Shown here in pieces: positions 25,896 through 39,694 of a DNA stretch of 64,000 bases. The stretch comes from Leucoraja erinacea (taxonomy: Eukaryota), in NCBI RefSeq assembly GCF_028641065.1, contig NC_073395.1, positions 6,944,001 through 7,008,000 on the forward strand, given 5' to 3'. The notes under the pieces were generated by a model. That model had not been told where the DNA came from and searched no databases. It was given only the letters and a program-made list of their open reading frames with translations. The translations under genes were made by a program, and so were the position numbers. Position 1 is the stretch's first letter. The number at the start of each line of letters is the position of its first letter.

Positions 25896-26406
25896 AAGGA
25901 CATTATTGCCATAGAGAGACGGTTCACCAGACTGATTCCTGGGATGTCAGGACTGTCTTATGAAGAAAGACTGGATAGACTTGGTTTATACTCTCTAGAA
26001 TTTAGAAGATTGAGAGGGGATCTTATAGAAACTTACAAAATTCTTAAGGGGTTGGACAGGCTAGATGCAGGAAGATTGTTCCCGATGTTGGGGAAGTCCA
26101 GGACCAGGGGTCACAGCTTAAGGATAAAGGGGAAATCCTTTAAAACCGAGATGAGAAGAACTTTTTTCACACAGAGAGTGGTGAATCTCTGGAACTTTCT
26201 GCCACAGAGGGTAGTTGAGGCCAGTTCATTGGCTATATTTAAGAGGGAGTTAGATGTGGTCCTTGTGGCTAAGGGGATCAGGGGGTATGGAGAGAAGGCA
26301 GGTACGGGATACTGAGTTGGATGATCAGCCATGATCATATTGAATGGCGGTGCAGGCTCGAAGGGCCGAATGGCCTACTCCTGCACCTAATTTCTATGTT
26401 TCTATG
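25896..26406 (+). mobile_element. CR1/HER1-type LINE 3' fragment, (TTTCTATG)n family, in a NUP50 intron
   Basis: ORF 25944..26315 CR1 ORF2 C-terminus; tail TTTCTATGTTTCTATG. Confidence 0.93.
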
Positions 26407-26624
26407 AATACAAGTAATATCCCATAAGTAACTACAAATTGGGGTTTAATAGGAAAAAGGGAAAATTGCAATCACCAGGGAAGTAATATTAGCCAATAGT
26501 TAAAGCTGCAAGCTGACACGTTCTCTGGTTTATGTTTCATATGCTGGAAACATGAAATCTATTCATTTTCATCTTCCACGGGAGACAGCAAAGAAAGTGG
26601 AGAATCCTCTCCATTACTAATATA

Positions 26625-27523
26625 GTGGATAATGAAGAGGATTTCCAAAGTCTACAGAGTGATTTAGGCCATTTGGAAAAATGGGCTGAAAGATGGCAGA
26701 TGGAGTTTAATGCTGATAAATGTGAGGTGCTACACCTTGGCAGGACAAATCAAAATAGGACGTACATGGTAAATGGTAGGGAATTGAAGAATACAGTTGA
26801 ACAGAGGGATCTGGGTATAACCGTGCATAGTTCCTTGAAGGTGGAATCTCATATAGATAGGGTGGTAAAGAAAGCTTTTGGTATGCTAGCCTTTATAAAT
26901 CAGAGCATTGAGTATAGAAGCTGGGATGTAATGTTAAAATTGTACAAGGCATTGGTGAGACCAAATCTGGAGTATGGTGTACAATTTTGGTCGCCCAATT
27001 ATAGGAAGGATGTCAACAAAATAGAGAGAGTACTGAGGAGATGTACTAGAATGTTGCCTGGGTTTCAACAACTAAGTTACAGAGATAGGTTGAATAAGTT
27101 AGGTCTTTATTCTCTGGAGCGCAGAAGGTTAAGGGGGGACCTGATAGAGGTCTTTAAAATGATGAGAGGGATAGACAGAGTTGATGTGGACAAGCTTTTC
27201 CCTTTGAGAATAGGGAAGATTCAAACAAGAGGACATGACTTCAGAATTAAGGGACAGAAGTTTAGGGGTAATATGAGGGGGAACTTCTTTACGCAGAGAG
27301 TGGTGGCGGTGTGGAATGAACTCCCAGTGGAAGTGATGGAGGCAGGTTCATTAGTATCATTTAAAAATAAATTGGATAGGCATATGGATGAGAAGGGAAT
27401 GGAGGGTTATGGTACGAGTGCAGGCAGGTGGGACTAAGGGGAAAAGAAATTTGTTCGGCATGGACTTGTAGGGCCGAGATGGCCTGTTTCCCTGCTGTAA
27501 TTGTTATATGTTTATATGGTTAT
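26625..27523 (+). mobile_element. Young CR1 LINE 3' fragment (RT C-terminal part), (GGTTATAT)n family
   Basis: Uninterrupted 270-aa frame with LQSDL..L..WAERWQMEFNADKC, ERDLG-like, LYKALVRPNLEY and WNELP motifs of CR1 ORF2. Confidence 0.95.
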
Positions 27524-27629
27524 TACGACTGGTAGCACATAATCCATTGGACAGCAATTCTTTAGGACTTTATATTCAAATTTAATAAAAAAGATTTATT
27601 TAATTAATGCAATTATTCAGTACCCATAC

Positions 27630-28259
27630 CTTTATACTCACTACCTTTTATTTCTTCCTTTTTTTCTACAGATGCTGTGAAGGAAAAAGTTGGAGCACCA
27701 ATCTTCTCCTGGTTCACATCTTTTCCAAATAATGAGCCTGAAGTTCCTCCACCGAAAGAAAAGCCAGCTAAAGGAGAGTTTTCCATTTTTTTCCCAAAGA
27801 GCAAGTTGATATTCCCACTATTTCCCATTGCAGTCTCGGGTTTTTTTTCTGAAGTGACTGGAATAATATCCTTGTTTTTGACAGATGAGAATAAAGATGA
27901 TGGGATTGTTCCCTGCGGTGTTTTGCACACACCAAATGTGTTAACAGATTGCATTTCTGGCCGCTTGCTGTTCGTGTCACTCTCTGAGCCACTGTCAGAA
28001 CTGCTACCATATTTCTGTTCAATGCTTGTCAAATGCTTCTCGTAGTCTTTGAAGATTGGGGTCAAATCACAGAGTGGGTTCTCATTGACATGTTTGGTGA
28101 TCCAATCTCGGACCGAACAATTCAATGCTGCTAGTTGTCTGTTGTACTCACTGGAGCCCACTTTATCCCCAGAGTTAATCTGATTAACACCATTTGTTTT
28201 CGTACCTATTTCTCCTTTTGCCAAGGGATTTGGTGGAGGACCATTAGATAGAAAAGAAC
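27630..28259 (-). CDS. NUP50: NUP50 coding exon 4 (large central exon)
   Basis: Acceptor ccatttcacag, donor AAG|GTATGG, 630 nt phase 1-1. Contains QLAALNCSVRDWITKHVNENPLCDLTPIFKDYEKHL and FG/FSF motifs (ORF 27613..28275). Confidence 0.96.
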
Positions 28260-29703
28260 CTGTGAAATGGAACAAGTTAAATGTTTAATTAAGTTCAGTG
28301 AAACAAAACCCATTAAATTGAACAAAGATTCTTAGCAGTCGTCAGAGACAGATGAAAAATTCATCTGACAACAGGAACCCATGAAAAAATACAGACGCGA
28401 CAGTTTCTACCATGCACAATAGATACAGTAGTATAACATTTGTTTAAACAAACACAAAAGGTTTCAAATACCAATTCAATCCTTACCCTTTCCAATCTAA
28501 AACATATGGCATGAAACACAGGTGAAAAGATTTAGAATTGAGCTATTTTAAGCAGTCAATATCAATAAGAAGTCAATATCAATAAGACTATTATATCCAA
28601 GTTGTCTTAGTTGATGATATGAAAAGAAGTTAACCATTTAAAAAGGAAGCCAAACACAACATGGTTTATTTCAGAAGGCATATCAGGCAGAAATCAAATC
28701 AATTATGGTAGGGGCTCAAATCTCAATCAGATTCCAAAAATAGCAATAGCTCCATTTAAAGAAAAAGACAAATAGGAGGTGGTAAAATGGGAAAAACAAG
28801 CTAATTGTTGATAGATTGAATTGATCATTAGTCTTCAAGGTACACAAAAAGTAACATTAATATTCTGAATAGAAGTTCTAATAGCAAAGGAAAAAAGCAT
28901 TTGACTTTTGCAGCACCTCAGGTTGTTATAGCCATTCTATAAAAAAAAGTATATAAGTATACGCGTCTACTCAAAGAAGGTAAAGAGCAGCGAGCCCGTG
29001 TCATATCTGAAATGGTGAGAGTACGAGAACTCCATGCAGTGTAGTGTTCAGTATACCAGGTACGACATTGAAAATTTGAGGTGGGTACAATGTAGATTCA
29101 TCAGGAAGCTCCAAATACGCATAAAAAACTTCAAAGCACTTGACAATGGGATAGCCTGAGATCATGAAGACAAGTATGAATGAAGACAAGTATGAATACC
29201 CACGAAACAACAAAGTTAGGGTTATTCCTCTTCAAAGAAAATAGCAAGATCAGACTTAAAGGTTTCTAGTTCTTGAAAGGTTATAATATGAAGAAACAAT
29301 TTGCAGCAGTGTTGCTAATTGGATAAAACTGGATTAAGAGAACAGAAAACTACGTAATGAGAGACTATGATCTCAAAAGCTGAAAAGGTGTCATAATCCC
29401 ATTAAATATGAAGTCAAAAGGCTACTGAATAAATAGTTACAATTTAGAATTTGCAGGGCCAATTTGGGTAGATGAAGAGTTTGACTAATGGGACCTCTCA
29501 AGGACCCGACACTGTTACAATGGACATTCTTCTATGTGTTAAACCCCACTGCAGCTCTAGCAGTCCAATGGTTTACAAGACTGACGAAAGATCTCTAGTG
29601 CATTGCGAGGTCAGGAGAGAGAAAAACAGTATACATCAAGAACACAAATTAAATCTCCTCAAATAATCAATAGATGCAACGGTTATGATATTTGACTACT
29701 TAC

Positions 29704-29881
29704 CAATAGGATTATTTACATCTGTAGCGCTACTGTGTGAAGGCTTCAAAGACAAATTATTTCCATTGTTCAGACCATGTAAAGGTTTGAAACCAGAACC
29801 ATTACCAAATCCTCCAAATCCAGTACTTCCAGTTGAAGATATCAGACCAGAAAATCCTTTGAAGATTCCACCACCTTCAGA
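29704..29881 (-). CDS. NUP50: NUP50 coding exon 3: SEGGGIFKGFSGL...VNNPI(G)
   Basis: Acceptor tattccag, donor TTG|GTAAGT, 178 nt phase 0-1. FKGF and FGGFG motifs; lies inside ORF 29696..29932. Confidence 0.94.
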
Positions 29882-30848
29882 CTGGAATATTTTGAAAACA
29901 AAATTGGTTAGCATACTTTTCAAAGAATACAAGATTCACTGGCAACTTTTATTGACATCCATACTTTGCATGGAATGATTTAAGAGCCACCTAATGTATT
30001 CAAATCAGCAACAAAATATCAAGAGTCACACTGCACGGAAATTGTCATTCAGCCCTTTAGCACCCACCTACTCTCCCAACATTACCATTAAATCTCCCGA
30101 TTCTATTATTTATCTGCACATTAGGGCCAATTTAACCAGAAAACGACATGTTTAGGATGCAAGAGGGAACCCATGTTGCTATAGGGTGTAGATACAAACT
30201 CCGAGGTCAGGTTCAAACCAAGGTTTAGTAGAATTATGAGGCTGCTGCTCAACTTGCACTTCCATCACCTGGCTGTTTGTACGAATCCTAAAATCACTTA
30301 TTCCTAACCGTTCTCATTACCTTTAATCAGAATATGTAGGCCTTGAACATATACATCTAATTAAAGTTATAAAAATATTTGATTTGTAATCATTTTAGCA
30401 AGCTTGCTTTCCCCTCCCCACAGTATTATACAAGTTAGTAAATCACAATGCTTCAATTTATATTGCCTTATGTGGCGAGTGTAAAGAAACCCAAAGGGAA
30501 AACAGACACCAGTAGGAGTGGAAAGTAGGATAACAAGAATAAGCATTTGTTTATTTTTGAGTCGTGTTCGGGTATTAATTTAAATTGGAGGAATTATAGA
30601 AAATGTCGCTACGAAATAGGTAGCAATAGAAGCCACATTTCTGACTTATGGACGAAGTGGCTTATGGACAGTTCTTAGGAACGAACTTTTACTCGTGAAC
30701 TGCCTGCACCGTCGCAATTTATGTAGATGGCTCACCGCCTCTTTCTCCAATGACAAGATGTTAGAACTGCCAAAGCATTGATGGTTAGTGCAAGACCTTG
30801 TCAAACATAGTGATAGTCATACAGCATAGAAACAGCCTGTCGGCCCAA

Positions 30849-30969
30849 GAAGGGCCTCGATCCAAAACGTCACCTATTCCTTCTCACCAGAGATGCTGCC
30901 TGTCCCGCTAAGTTACTCCAGTATTTTGTGTCTATTTAAACCAGCATATGCAGTACCTTCCTACACATT
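30849..30969 (+). mobile_element. Penelope-derived single-arm insertion within an old CR1 tail; 12-bp TSD
   Basis: CTGTCGGCCCAA at 30837-30848 and 30970-30981. Confidence 0.8.
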
Positions 30970-32401
30970 CTGTCGGCCCAACTTGCCCATGCTGACAAAC
31001 ATGGCCCATTTATCTGCCGGCAAGTAGCCCATATACTTCCAAACCTGTCTTATCCATATACCTGCCCAAACGTCTTTAAAATGTTGTGATAGTACCTGGC
31101 TCAACTACCGCCTCTGGCAGCTCATTCCATATACCCACCACCCTTTGAGATAAAAAAAAGTTGTCGTTATGCTATGATCACTGATGTCAACCAGTATTTC
31201 ATGTACTACTACAGAAAAATTATAAACTGTAAAATGAGGACGATGATAAAAAGTGCAAGATATTCAAAGTTAGATTCAAATGGAGGAAGTGAAACAGTTC
31301 ATTGTCTCTCAATGTGGAAATTAAAAACTCATGGCTGCAAAATGAAAGAACAAAGTGTTGGGACTGAGTTGACGGACTGCAGCTAGTTATGGGCAAAGGC
31401 TTCATTAAGCAATGCAAATACTAGAGGCAGCTAAAACAATCTGGGTCAGACTTTTACATCTATGACCTAAAAATATACACGGTTGCAGGTAAGAAACCTA
31501 TACCATGCAACATTAAAATATTAAAACTTCATGTACATAAATCAAAAGATTGTACCAAATATGATGGGTATATTTCAGCATACTGGTCAATTCTAACGAA
31601 TACGAACCCAAAGTTTCACCAGAATGCAAGATCATTAACTCCTAGGACAAATGCTAACATGGGCCAAATGCGAGCAGGTGGCTGGAAGATGTTGGCCGGT
31701 ATGGGCAAGTTGGGCCAAAGGGCCTGCTTCCACGCTGTATGACTCTATGAATCTTCATTACAAACTGAAAATGGGATCATATTGTCTTAAAATATTTCAA
31801 GCCCCATTCGATGTGATGTGTGGAAAACCTCTAAGATAAGCTGAATAGGTCCTCACCACTCTTTTTCAGATGTCAATTATGCAAATTGATTTACTTGTAG
31901 GCATGGGAGACAGCAAGTGGAGAGTAAAACCACATACTACAGATGAAAGCCATTCGTACAGAAATTGTAATATGCACCAGCTCTTAAAAGTTACACATGC
32001 AAACGAGTACAATACTGTCAAATCGTATTGTGGTGTATTTTTGGTAGTAAATGAATTCCTATTATTATTATCAGAAAATCATGAATTAATAAAATGACAA
32101 TCAGTTTTCATTTTTAGATTTATTATTCTGATCACTAAAACTGTAGCCATTGGTTATCCATAAAACCTCAGAAGATTTTGATCTGGGGATACCCACACAT
32201 GACAACAGAATTAGATTAATTTTCAGTTGATGTTAGTTTGTCTGATCTGTGAACAATGGGATTTTCTCAAATGTCGCTCTGAATTCAGGGAGCAAGTCCT
32301 AGCTAGCAGCGCTGCAGTGACATTTAATAAGTAACTGGAGGCACAAAGCCCCACTCAACACACCAAAAAAATGTAATTAAAAACTCTATTATATGACTTG
32401 C

Positions 32402-32485
32402 CTCAGCGAGGAGGTTCCTGCGTTTTGCTTTTTTGATTGCTCGGTTTTTCAGTACATCTTCACTTGCTACTGAGAAGGTTCCTGC
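32402..32485 (-). CDS. NUP50: NUP50 coding exon 2: AGTFSVASEDVLKNRAIKKAKRRNLLAE (GC donor)
   Basis: Acceptor ttttgctttatag; 84 nt, phase 0-0; conserved RAIKKAKRR motif; donor reads GAG|GCAAGT. Confidence 0.95.
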
Positions 32486-32865
32486 CTATAAAGCAAAATA
32501 TTCTATGGTGAAACAATGTTAACCAGTAATTCAACATCTTGCTTTTCATGGAAACCTTTATTCAAGTTGTAATAAAATATCAATGTAGCACATTGCATTT
32601 TTCTACAGGGCTGGTAATTAATGTGTTGAAACCCCCACCCCCCCAACGTTTATCCAAAGGTAACTTTGTCGCACCCTCCCCCCCAAAACACCATGCTCTA
32701 CAAAAATGGGGTCTGGATCTGGGCACTGAAAATTGATTAAAACCCTCAGCAGGAGGAAAGGAAGTGTTTCATCTCATGATCTAACTATTCCTGTTTGAAA
32801 TTCATGTGTCAGGATGCCAGCTATAAATAAGTGTTACTTGTGATTGTTCACTTTATATACTAGCT

Positions 32866-33022
32866 CAGCCATTCTCAACCGTATTTTGGTCACGGCCCCC
32901 TTAGGAGCTCTTCTCAGTTTCCAGGGCCCCCTGTCAAACAGGGATACAACACGAACAGATAGACAGAAGATCATTTATTATTCAGTTTGGCCCCTTCATA
33001 TGCCCCCCGTTGAGAATGGCTG
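32866..33022. mobile_element. hAT (Charlie/MER5-like) MITE
   Basis: 14-bp perfect TIR CAGCCATTCTCAAC / GTTGAGAATGGCTG, CTAG on both flanks (TSD degenerate), internal GGCCCC motifs. Confidence 0.75.
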
Positions 33023-33615
33023 CTAGTTTATCTAGAGTGACATTCTAGAATAGTATTGAAGAAGCACTGCAGTAGAACTGGTGGATTTTGAATGGTTATT
33101 AAATCAATACCCTCAACAAGACACAATAAACTTTATTTTAAAGAGCAATCAAGTTCTCCCATTATGATCAATATTTATTCCTTAGCTAACAGTTTAACAG
33201 CATCCATTTATCTGGCTGTTGTCACAAAAATAAACTGAAAAACAGTTGGGGACATCAGAGGTCATGAAAGGTGCTACATAAATACAAGTTCTTGTATGCC
33301 GAGCATAGATGGGTGTGCCCGTGATCAAACAACTTCTGACACTCAAGGTTCTTGCAAGTAGAATTATTAGGCTAAGAGCAAACAGCCTGAAGAAGTGCAT
33401 GACTGTCAGCAGTCGATGACCTCTAGAAGGGACAACGGCAGAGAAAGAAATAATTTCAAGGGTACAGATGTGTCATTGTAAGGGTTTTGAGGATCGCAAG
33501 ATGTTAGTTATAATTAAGGATTATGTTAATGTTAGAACGATGGAATAATTAATTACTAAAATAAAGAGCCGAATTAACAATGCATTGCTCAGGAAGCAAC
33601 ATTGTTACACATATT

Positions 33616-33850
33616 AGACACAAAAAGTCGGAGTAACTCAGCGGGACAGGCAGCATCTCTGGAGAGAAGGAATGGGTGATGTTTCGGGTCGAGACTCTTC
33701 TTCACATAAGACCACCAGTCTGAAGAAGGGTCTCGACCCGAAACATCACTCATTCCTTCCCTCCAGAGATGCTGCCTGTCCCGCTGAGTTATTCCAGCTT
33801 TTTGTTTCTATCTTCGGTTTAAACCAGCATCTGCAGTTCCTTCTTACACA
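33616..33850. mobile_element. Penelope-derived palindromic insertion in a NUP50 intron
   Basis: About 90-bp inverted arms; plus-strand core CTGAAGAAGGGTCTCGACCCGAAACATC at 33720-33747. Confidence 0.82.
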
Positions 33851-35768
33851 TTGTACAATTCTTACACCTGATATAAATTTAAGTCACGAAGCACTGTCAA
33901 AAAGGAGAACATAGAACTGATGGACAATGTAGGCCAGACTTATAAAAAGGTGCTTACATTCTCCAACAGTAACAACGATTCTTAAGCAAGATGAGATCTT
34001 TCTCATATTTTCTTATGAGATTGATGCAAATCATCTGGTCCATTGTATATAATGGCTCTTAGAGTATTGTCATCATTCCCATTCTCCCACATATTACATT
34101 GCAAACTATTCTTTTTCGTATGGCCATCAATTCCTCCCGATTCTTCTACCATTATCCTGTACTATACCACTCAACATTTTATGGATGCGCAAGGAAAACA
34201 TGCATGGAGGGAGGAGGGAAAACATGTAAACTCCCCTCAAGTTTAAAACTCGTTTGCTAGAGCAGTGCTCAAGTAGCTCTAACAGTTTAAAGAAATGTTG
34301 TACCTCTAAAGTATAACAACAGAGAGTTAATGATTCAATAATTTTCAGGGATCTGGATGCTGCTGGCAAAGCCAGAATTTGTTGCCGCATGGCCTTGATT
34401 AAACTCGCTGCCTTCTCAATCATTGCTGACCTTTTGATGAAGCGTCTCCCACATTGCTATTGGATAGGGAGTTCCAAATTTAGACCCAGCAACAATGAAG
34501 GACTGACATATATTTTCAAATCAGTTTGGTGTGCGAATTGGAGTGGAACCTGCAAGTAGTGGCGTTCTTGAGTTTCTGCTACCCGTGGCGGTAGAGATTG
34601 CAAGTTTGCAAGTTGGCAAAATGCTTTTAGGAGAAGCCCTGAAAAGTAACAGCAACACATTTTATAGACGGCACATGCTGCAGCCATTGTATGCTGGTGG
34701 AGGAGGGATTGAATGTTTAGGGTGGTGGATGAAGCACAGCCTGCTTTATATTGACTGGAGATTGTCGAGCATTGGTGGAGCCCGATACATTTAGATAAGT
34801 GACAAATTACTTCATCACACTCCCAATTTGTGCCTTAAAGAAAGTGGTGTCACACGAGTCGCTTGCTATTGGATACCCTGCCTCGGAATAGTCTTGCAGG
34901 GACAATATTTTATGTGGTAGGTCCAATTGATCAATAGTGACCCCAACATGTCAATAAAAATACTATTGAATGTCAAGGATCTGACTATCTTAGATTGATA
35001 GAGTTAGAGCTATAGAGAATGGAAATAGGCCCTTTGGCCTAACTTGTGAATGCCAAATAAGTTGGTATTCTGAGCTAATCCCATTTGCCTGCATTAGGCC
35101 CACATCCCTCTAAACCCCTCTTGTCCATACATCTGCCCATATGTCCTTTGAAAGTTGTAATTGTAGCCATTTCAACAGCTTTCTCTGACAGCTCATTCCA
35201 GATGCACACTACCCTCGGAGTGAAAAAGATGCCCAGAGGTCCCTCTTAAATCTCTTGTTTGTGATGGCTGTGTAATTGCACTCATCAGCACAAGCCTGAA
35301 TGTTAACAAGGTTTTGCTCAATCAGGCATGAGCTGCTTCATTTGCTGAGTTAAGAACGGAATGGAATATTATGTAATTATAAGCAAACTGCCCCGCTTCT
35401 GACCTTATCATAGAAAAGAGGTCAATGTAGAAATAACTGAAGATCGTTAGAAGATAGATACTGCCCAGAGGAACTGTAAAGTTGGCAGCAGCTGCTAAAA
35501 ATAAGCAGTAGGCCGAACAAAAGAAACAACTAATTTATCCAGGTCGTACCAAATATCCTGGCAATAATAAATTGCTGGATTATTGGAATGGTATAAAGCT
35601 CTTAAATAATTACAATAAAGACAAATGTAGGTCATCAGCATGCCATACAAGCATACAAACAAAAGCTATAAAAAGGTTGCAGTGATACCAGAGATCATAG
35701 AAAGGTCAAGGATGGAAGGTCAAAGCTTTCACTTTTACCCTCCTAAACAAAGAGGGTGTGCAACAAAC

Positions 35769-36475
35769 TAGAAACATAGAAAAATAGGTGCAGGAGTAGG
35801 CCATTCGGCTCATCGAGCCAGCACCGCCATTCAATATGATCATGGCTGATCATCTAAAATCAGTACCCCGTCCCTGCTTTTTCCCCCCATATCCCTTGAT
35901 TCCATTAGCTCCAAGAGCTAAATCTAACCCTCTCTTGAAAACGTCCAGTGAATTGGCCTTCACTGCCTTCTGTGGCAGAGAATTCCACAGATTCACAACA
36001 CTCTGGGTGAAAGTTTTCTGCCTCATCTCAGTCCTAAATGGCCTACCGCTTATTCTTAAACTGTGACACCCAGTTTTGGACTCCAACATCGGGAAAATTT
36101 TCCTGCATTTAGCCTGTTCAATCCTTTAAGAATGTTATATGTTTCTATAATATTCCCCCTCATCCTTCTAAATTCCAGTGAATGCAAGCCCAGTCGACCC
36201 ATTCTTTCATCATATGTCAGTCCTGCCATTTCAGGAATTCACCTAATAATCTACGCTGCACTCCCCCAATAGCAATAATGTCCTTCCTCAATTTAGGACA
36301 CCAAAATTGCACAGAATACTCCCAAGTGCAGTCTCACCAGGGCCCTGTATACCTGCAGTAGGACCTCCTTGCTCCTAAACGCATATCCTCTCGCAATGAA
36401 GGCCAACATGCCATTAGCTTTCTTCACTACCTGCTGTACCTGCATGCTTACTTTCAGTGACTAATGTACAAGCAG
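35769..36475 (-). mobile_element. CR1 3' fragment (older, frameshifted)
   Basis: Tail AGAAACATAGAAAA; CR1 ORF2 C-terminal motifs in broken minus-strand frames. Confidence 0.88.
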
Positions 36476-37141
36476 TCAGGTCAGTCACACTAGTCAACTG
36501 TCTATTTATTCCAGTTCAGTAACATTGCACTTATTTCAGATTAGGATGATATTAACGAGAGGTGGAGGGGAAGACAATGGGGGCTCAGCGGGGGGGGGGG
36601 GGGGGGGGGGGACGGCCGCGAAGAACAATGGGGACCTGGCGTGGGGAGGTGCTGCTGTGAGGGACGGTGAGAGAACAAAGGGGGACTCAGTGTGGGGGAG
36701 GGGTACCCTAGTTTAGAATCCTCTTCCCAGGGGATAAGACTGTTTGATTGTTTGTTTTGTTCATTTGTTCCAATGAACACGGCAGCCAGCCAACAGTCAC
36801 TTGTCTTTTTCTTTTCACTTTTAATTTCAAGTTCTTGTGACCTTGTGTGTTGTGAATGTCGGCAGTCCAATTTCTCTACGGGGGATGAATAAAGTTTTAT
36901 CGTATCGTATTAATATTTTGCAACTGCTAACAGTCAAATGAAGCAACTAGGGAAATTATTTGCTATTTAATTGACCGCATCAAAACAAAATTGTGCCATT
37001 TCAATTCTAACAGATGGATTGCTGAGGGCAGCCTGACAAGTTAAAGAGCAGTGACCTTGTTAATCATATTGCTGAATTTGTATTTTGAAACATTCAAACC
37101 ACAAATAAAAATATGCAATCTCCTATTTATAATATATTTAT

Positions 37142-37772
37142 AGGAGTCTCCTATATATCGGCAAGACCAAGCACAGACTGGGCGATTATTTCGCTGAACA
37201 TCTTTGCTCAGTCCACCTTGGCCTACGCAATTTCCCTGTTGCCAAACACTTTAACTTCCCTTCCCATATTGACCTTTCTGTCTTGGGCCTCCTCCACTGT
37301 CTGAGTGAGGCCAAATTCAAATTGGAGGAACAGAACATCATATTTTGCTTGGGCAGCTTACAACCCAACAGTATGAATATTAATTTCTAATTTCAAGTAA
37401 CCCTTGCATTCCCTCTCCCTCCGTCCCTCCCTCAGCCGAGTCGTCCTACTGGTTTCACTGCCATCCTGCTTAGTTTCACTGTTAGTATCCACTCGTCATC
37501 ACCTTCTCCACAGCTAACAATAGACCATTGTGGGTTCCACCTTTTCTTGATCATCTTTGCTGGCTTTGATTTGTTCTTTTCATACCTTTCATTCATTTTT
37601 TTGTACCTTTCCATACCTCTAGTTTCCCTCTCCCCTGACCCTCAGTCTGAAGAAGGGTCTTGATCCAAACGTCACCTATTCCTTTTCTCCAAAGATGCTG
37701 CCTGACCCGCTGAGTTACTCCAGCATTTTGTGTCTATCTTCGGTATAAACCAGCAACCAGTTCCTTCCTACA
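37142..37772 (+). mobile_element. Penelope-like retroelement 3' remnant (GIY-YIG endonuclease end plus pLTR-like tail with degenerate hammerhead motif)
   Basis: LYIGKTKHRLGDYFAEHL, PVAKHFN, KLEEQNIIFCLGSLQPNSMNI peptides; tail CAGTCTGAAGAAGGGTCTTGATCCAAACGTCACC at ~37643. Confidence 0.85.
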
Positions 37773-38164
37773 CAGTGGTGATAGATCTCCTGTCCTTGTA
37801 CTCATTTGCATCCTTCAGAGAAATCAACTACTGGGTCAAGCAGATTTTAGTTTCTCTCTGTCGTACCTTATGATAATATAAATGGCTACAACTTATCACA
37901 TATTTTAAAAATTAGAGCATCTGGTTGCTCATTAACACATCAAAATTAACAATCCAAATTAGAATCAAGAATGTTTTATTGTCATATGTCCCGAAACAGA
38001 ACTATATTAAAAAAAAACCCAATAATAGTGGAAAGACAAAAACAATGCCCCAGGATCTATGTAGTTTCGAGCTTATTTTGAGGATGTTCACCCCGTCATC
38101 CTGTTCCTTTCCCTTCCTCTTTACGCCCATCTCTGACCCTTCCCTTGACCGAGCCCCAATTCCA

Positions 38165-38470
38165 TAAGGTCATAAGTGATAGGAGCAGAATTAGGCCTTT
38201 TGGTCCATCAAGTCTGCTCCACTATTCAATCATTGCTGATCTATCTCTCTCGCTCGCTCTCTCTCCTAACCCCATTCTCCTGCCTTCTCCCCATAACCCC
38301 CGATACCTGTAGTAATCAAGAATCTATCTATCACTGCCTTAAAAATATCCATTGACGTGGCCTTCACAGCCTTCTGTGGCAAATTCCAGATTCACGACCT
38401 TCTGACTAAAGAAATTCCTCCTCATCTGCTTCCTAAAGGAACGTCCTTTAATTCTGAGGCTAGGACCTCT
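38165..38470 (-). mobile_element. CR1 3' fragment ((CTTATGAC)n-tailed subfamily; similar pieces at 7005-7260, 45988-46196, 57645-57910)
   Basis: CATAAGGTCATAAG tail complement; SLRIKGRSFRKQMRRNFFSQKVVNL peptide. Confidence 0.8.
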
Positions 38471-38958
38471 GCCCTTTCCAATGCCCTGACCAATTCTCTT
38501 TATTACTCCCTCTTTCCCTTCCCCAGTCCAAAATGTCATATGTGGAGGGAACTGTCCATTTCCCTCCACAAATGAGTTCCACCAGCACTTTGTTTTTTGC
38601 TTTGTAGCTTGCAAAACATTTATAAAACTAACAACTGAAGCTGCAAAAAAAAGTTGCAGAATTGAATTCCACAAATCAAAATCAATAGCTATACACCTAG
38701 CATCAACAAAAACAATGAACACTTCTTCCAAATTTACTTCTTTTACAGCTGCTATTGCAGTATGGCCAAATCCAACTTAAAGACTTGGGTTCATTTTATT
38801 TTCACACCAACATCTCTCATTGACGTTAAGCATGTTACAGTATGGTAAAGAACTGCATTTTTTTTCTCCTTTTATCCTCAAACCTCATCCTAAAAAAAAC
38901 TGCATTTTATATTGGAAATATATGTTATTAATATCATAAAGTGAATACATACACACAC

Positions 38959-39027
38959 CTCTTCGGATTCTTCTTCCTGATCCCAATTTCGATCAGTTAG
39001 TTCCTTGTCTGCAGTCCTTTTTGCCAT
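38959..39027 (-). CDS. NUP50: NUP50 coding exon 1 (exon 2 of gene; exon starts at 39037 with 10 nt of leader): MAKRTADKELTDRNWDQEEESEE
   Basis: Acceptor tttctctttcag before 39037, ACAATGG start context, donor GAG|GTGTGT. The peptide matches the importin-alpha-binding N-terminus of vertebrate Nup50. Too short for the ORF track. Confidence 0.96.
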
Positions 39028-39694
39028 TGTGTTATTACTGAAAGAGAAAAAAAGTCAAGATTAATATTTTGCTACAACTGGATGAAACAGCTAGATCTAA
39101 AAAGAAAAAAAGTACAAATACATTGAACTACAACAGAAAAGTCTAAAAATGTAGTTCTATAACATCAGCTTAAGTTCAAATACAAATGTAAAATGTACGT
39201 GGGAAAGACCTTTCAAAATGGCGAAAAACTGTGGAGTAGAACAGCAGTGTAAATATATACTTAGTTTACCAATGGGGGGGGGGGGGGGGGGGGGGGGGGG
39301 AGACTGGATGGGAATGAACTGAAGGCTTGAGGGCGAGATGGAAATCATATTAAACTTTCCACATGCATTTGTGTCTTTTTACAATACTGGAGAGATTTTG
39401 AGGAACGAGATTATTATTCATGTTTTTGTTCTTAACAAAAATCTACCCATCACGTGAAATCTTACAAACAACAGATATAAATTAGATAACTTCAAGACCG
39501 AAAGTCAAAAACTTTTTCATTACAGACAAATTTTCATTGTTTCACCACCATTTCGGACACCAAAAATGTGACATTAAAAACTCGGCCACATTTAGCCATG
39601 AATATTTAATTCATAAACTTTATATGGCCCCTCATACATATACATTTTGATAATGATCTAGGGAAATAACTTCATCAATTCCAGGAGAAAAATA

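Noticed and set aside
27677-28045. 122-aa plus-strand ORF (also 29685..29978 and 22754..23014)
   Set aside because: Antisense shadows of NUP50 coding exons.
28553-29200. Short direct duplications (17 bp at ~28554, 16 bp at ~29166)
   Set aside because: Ordinary slippage-type microduplications in an intron.
32396-32397. Canonical GT donor 4 nt downstream of the GC donor
   Set aside because: Poor consensus (CAA|GTCATA), and it would put the next exon out of frame.
16908-39300. Long G homopolymers (~16908-16933, ~36589-36611, ~39274-39300)
   Set aside because: Simple mononucleotide runs of unreliable length; no further structure to support function.
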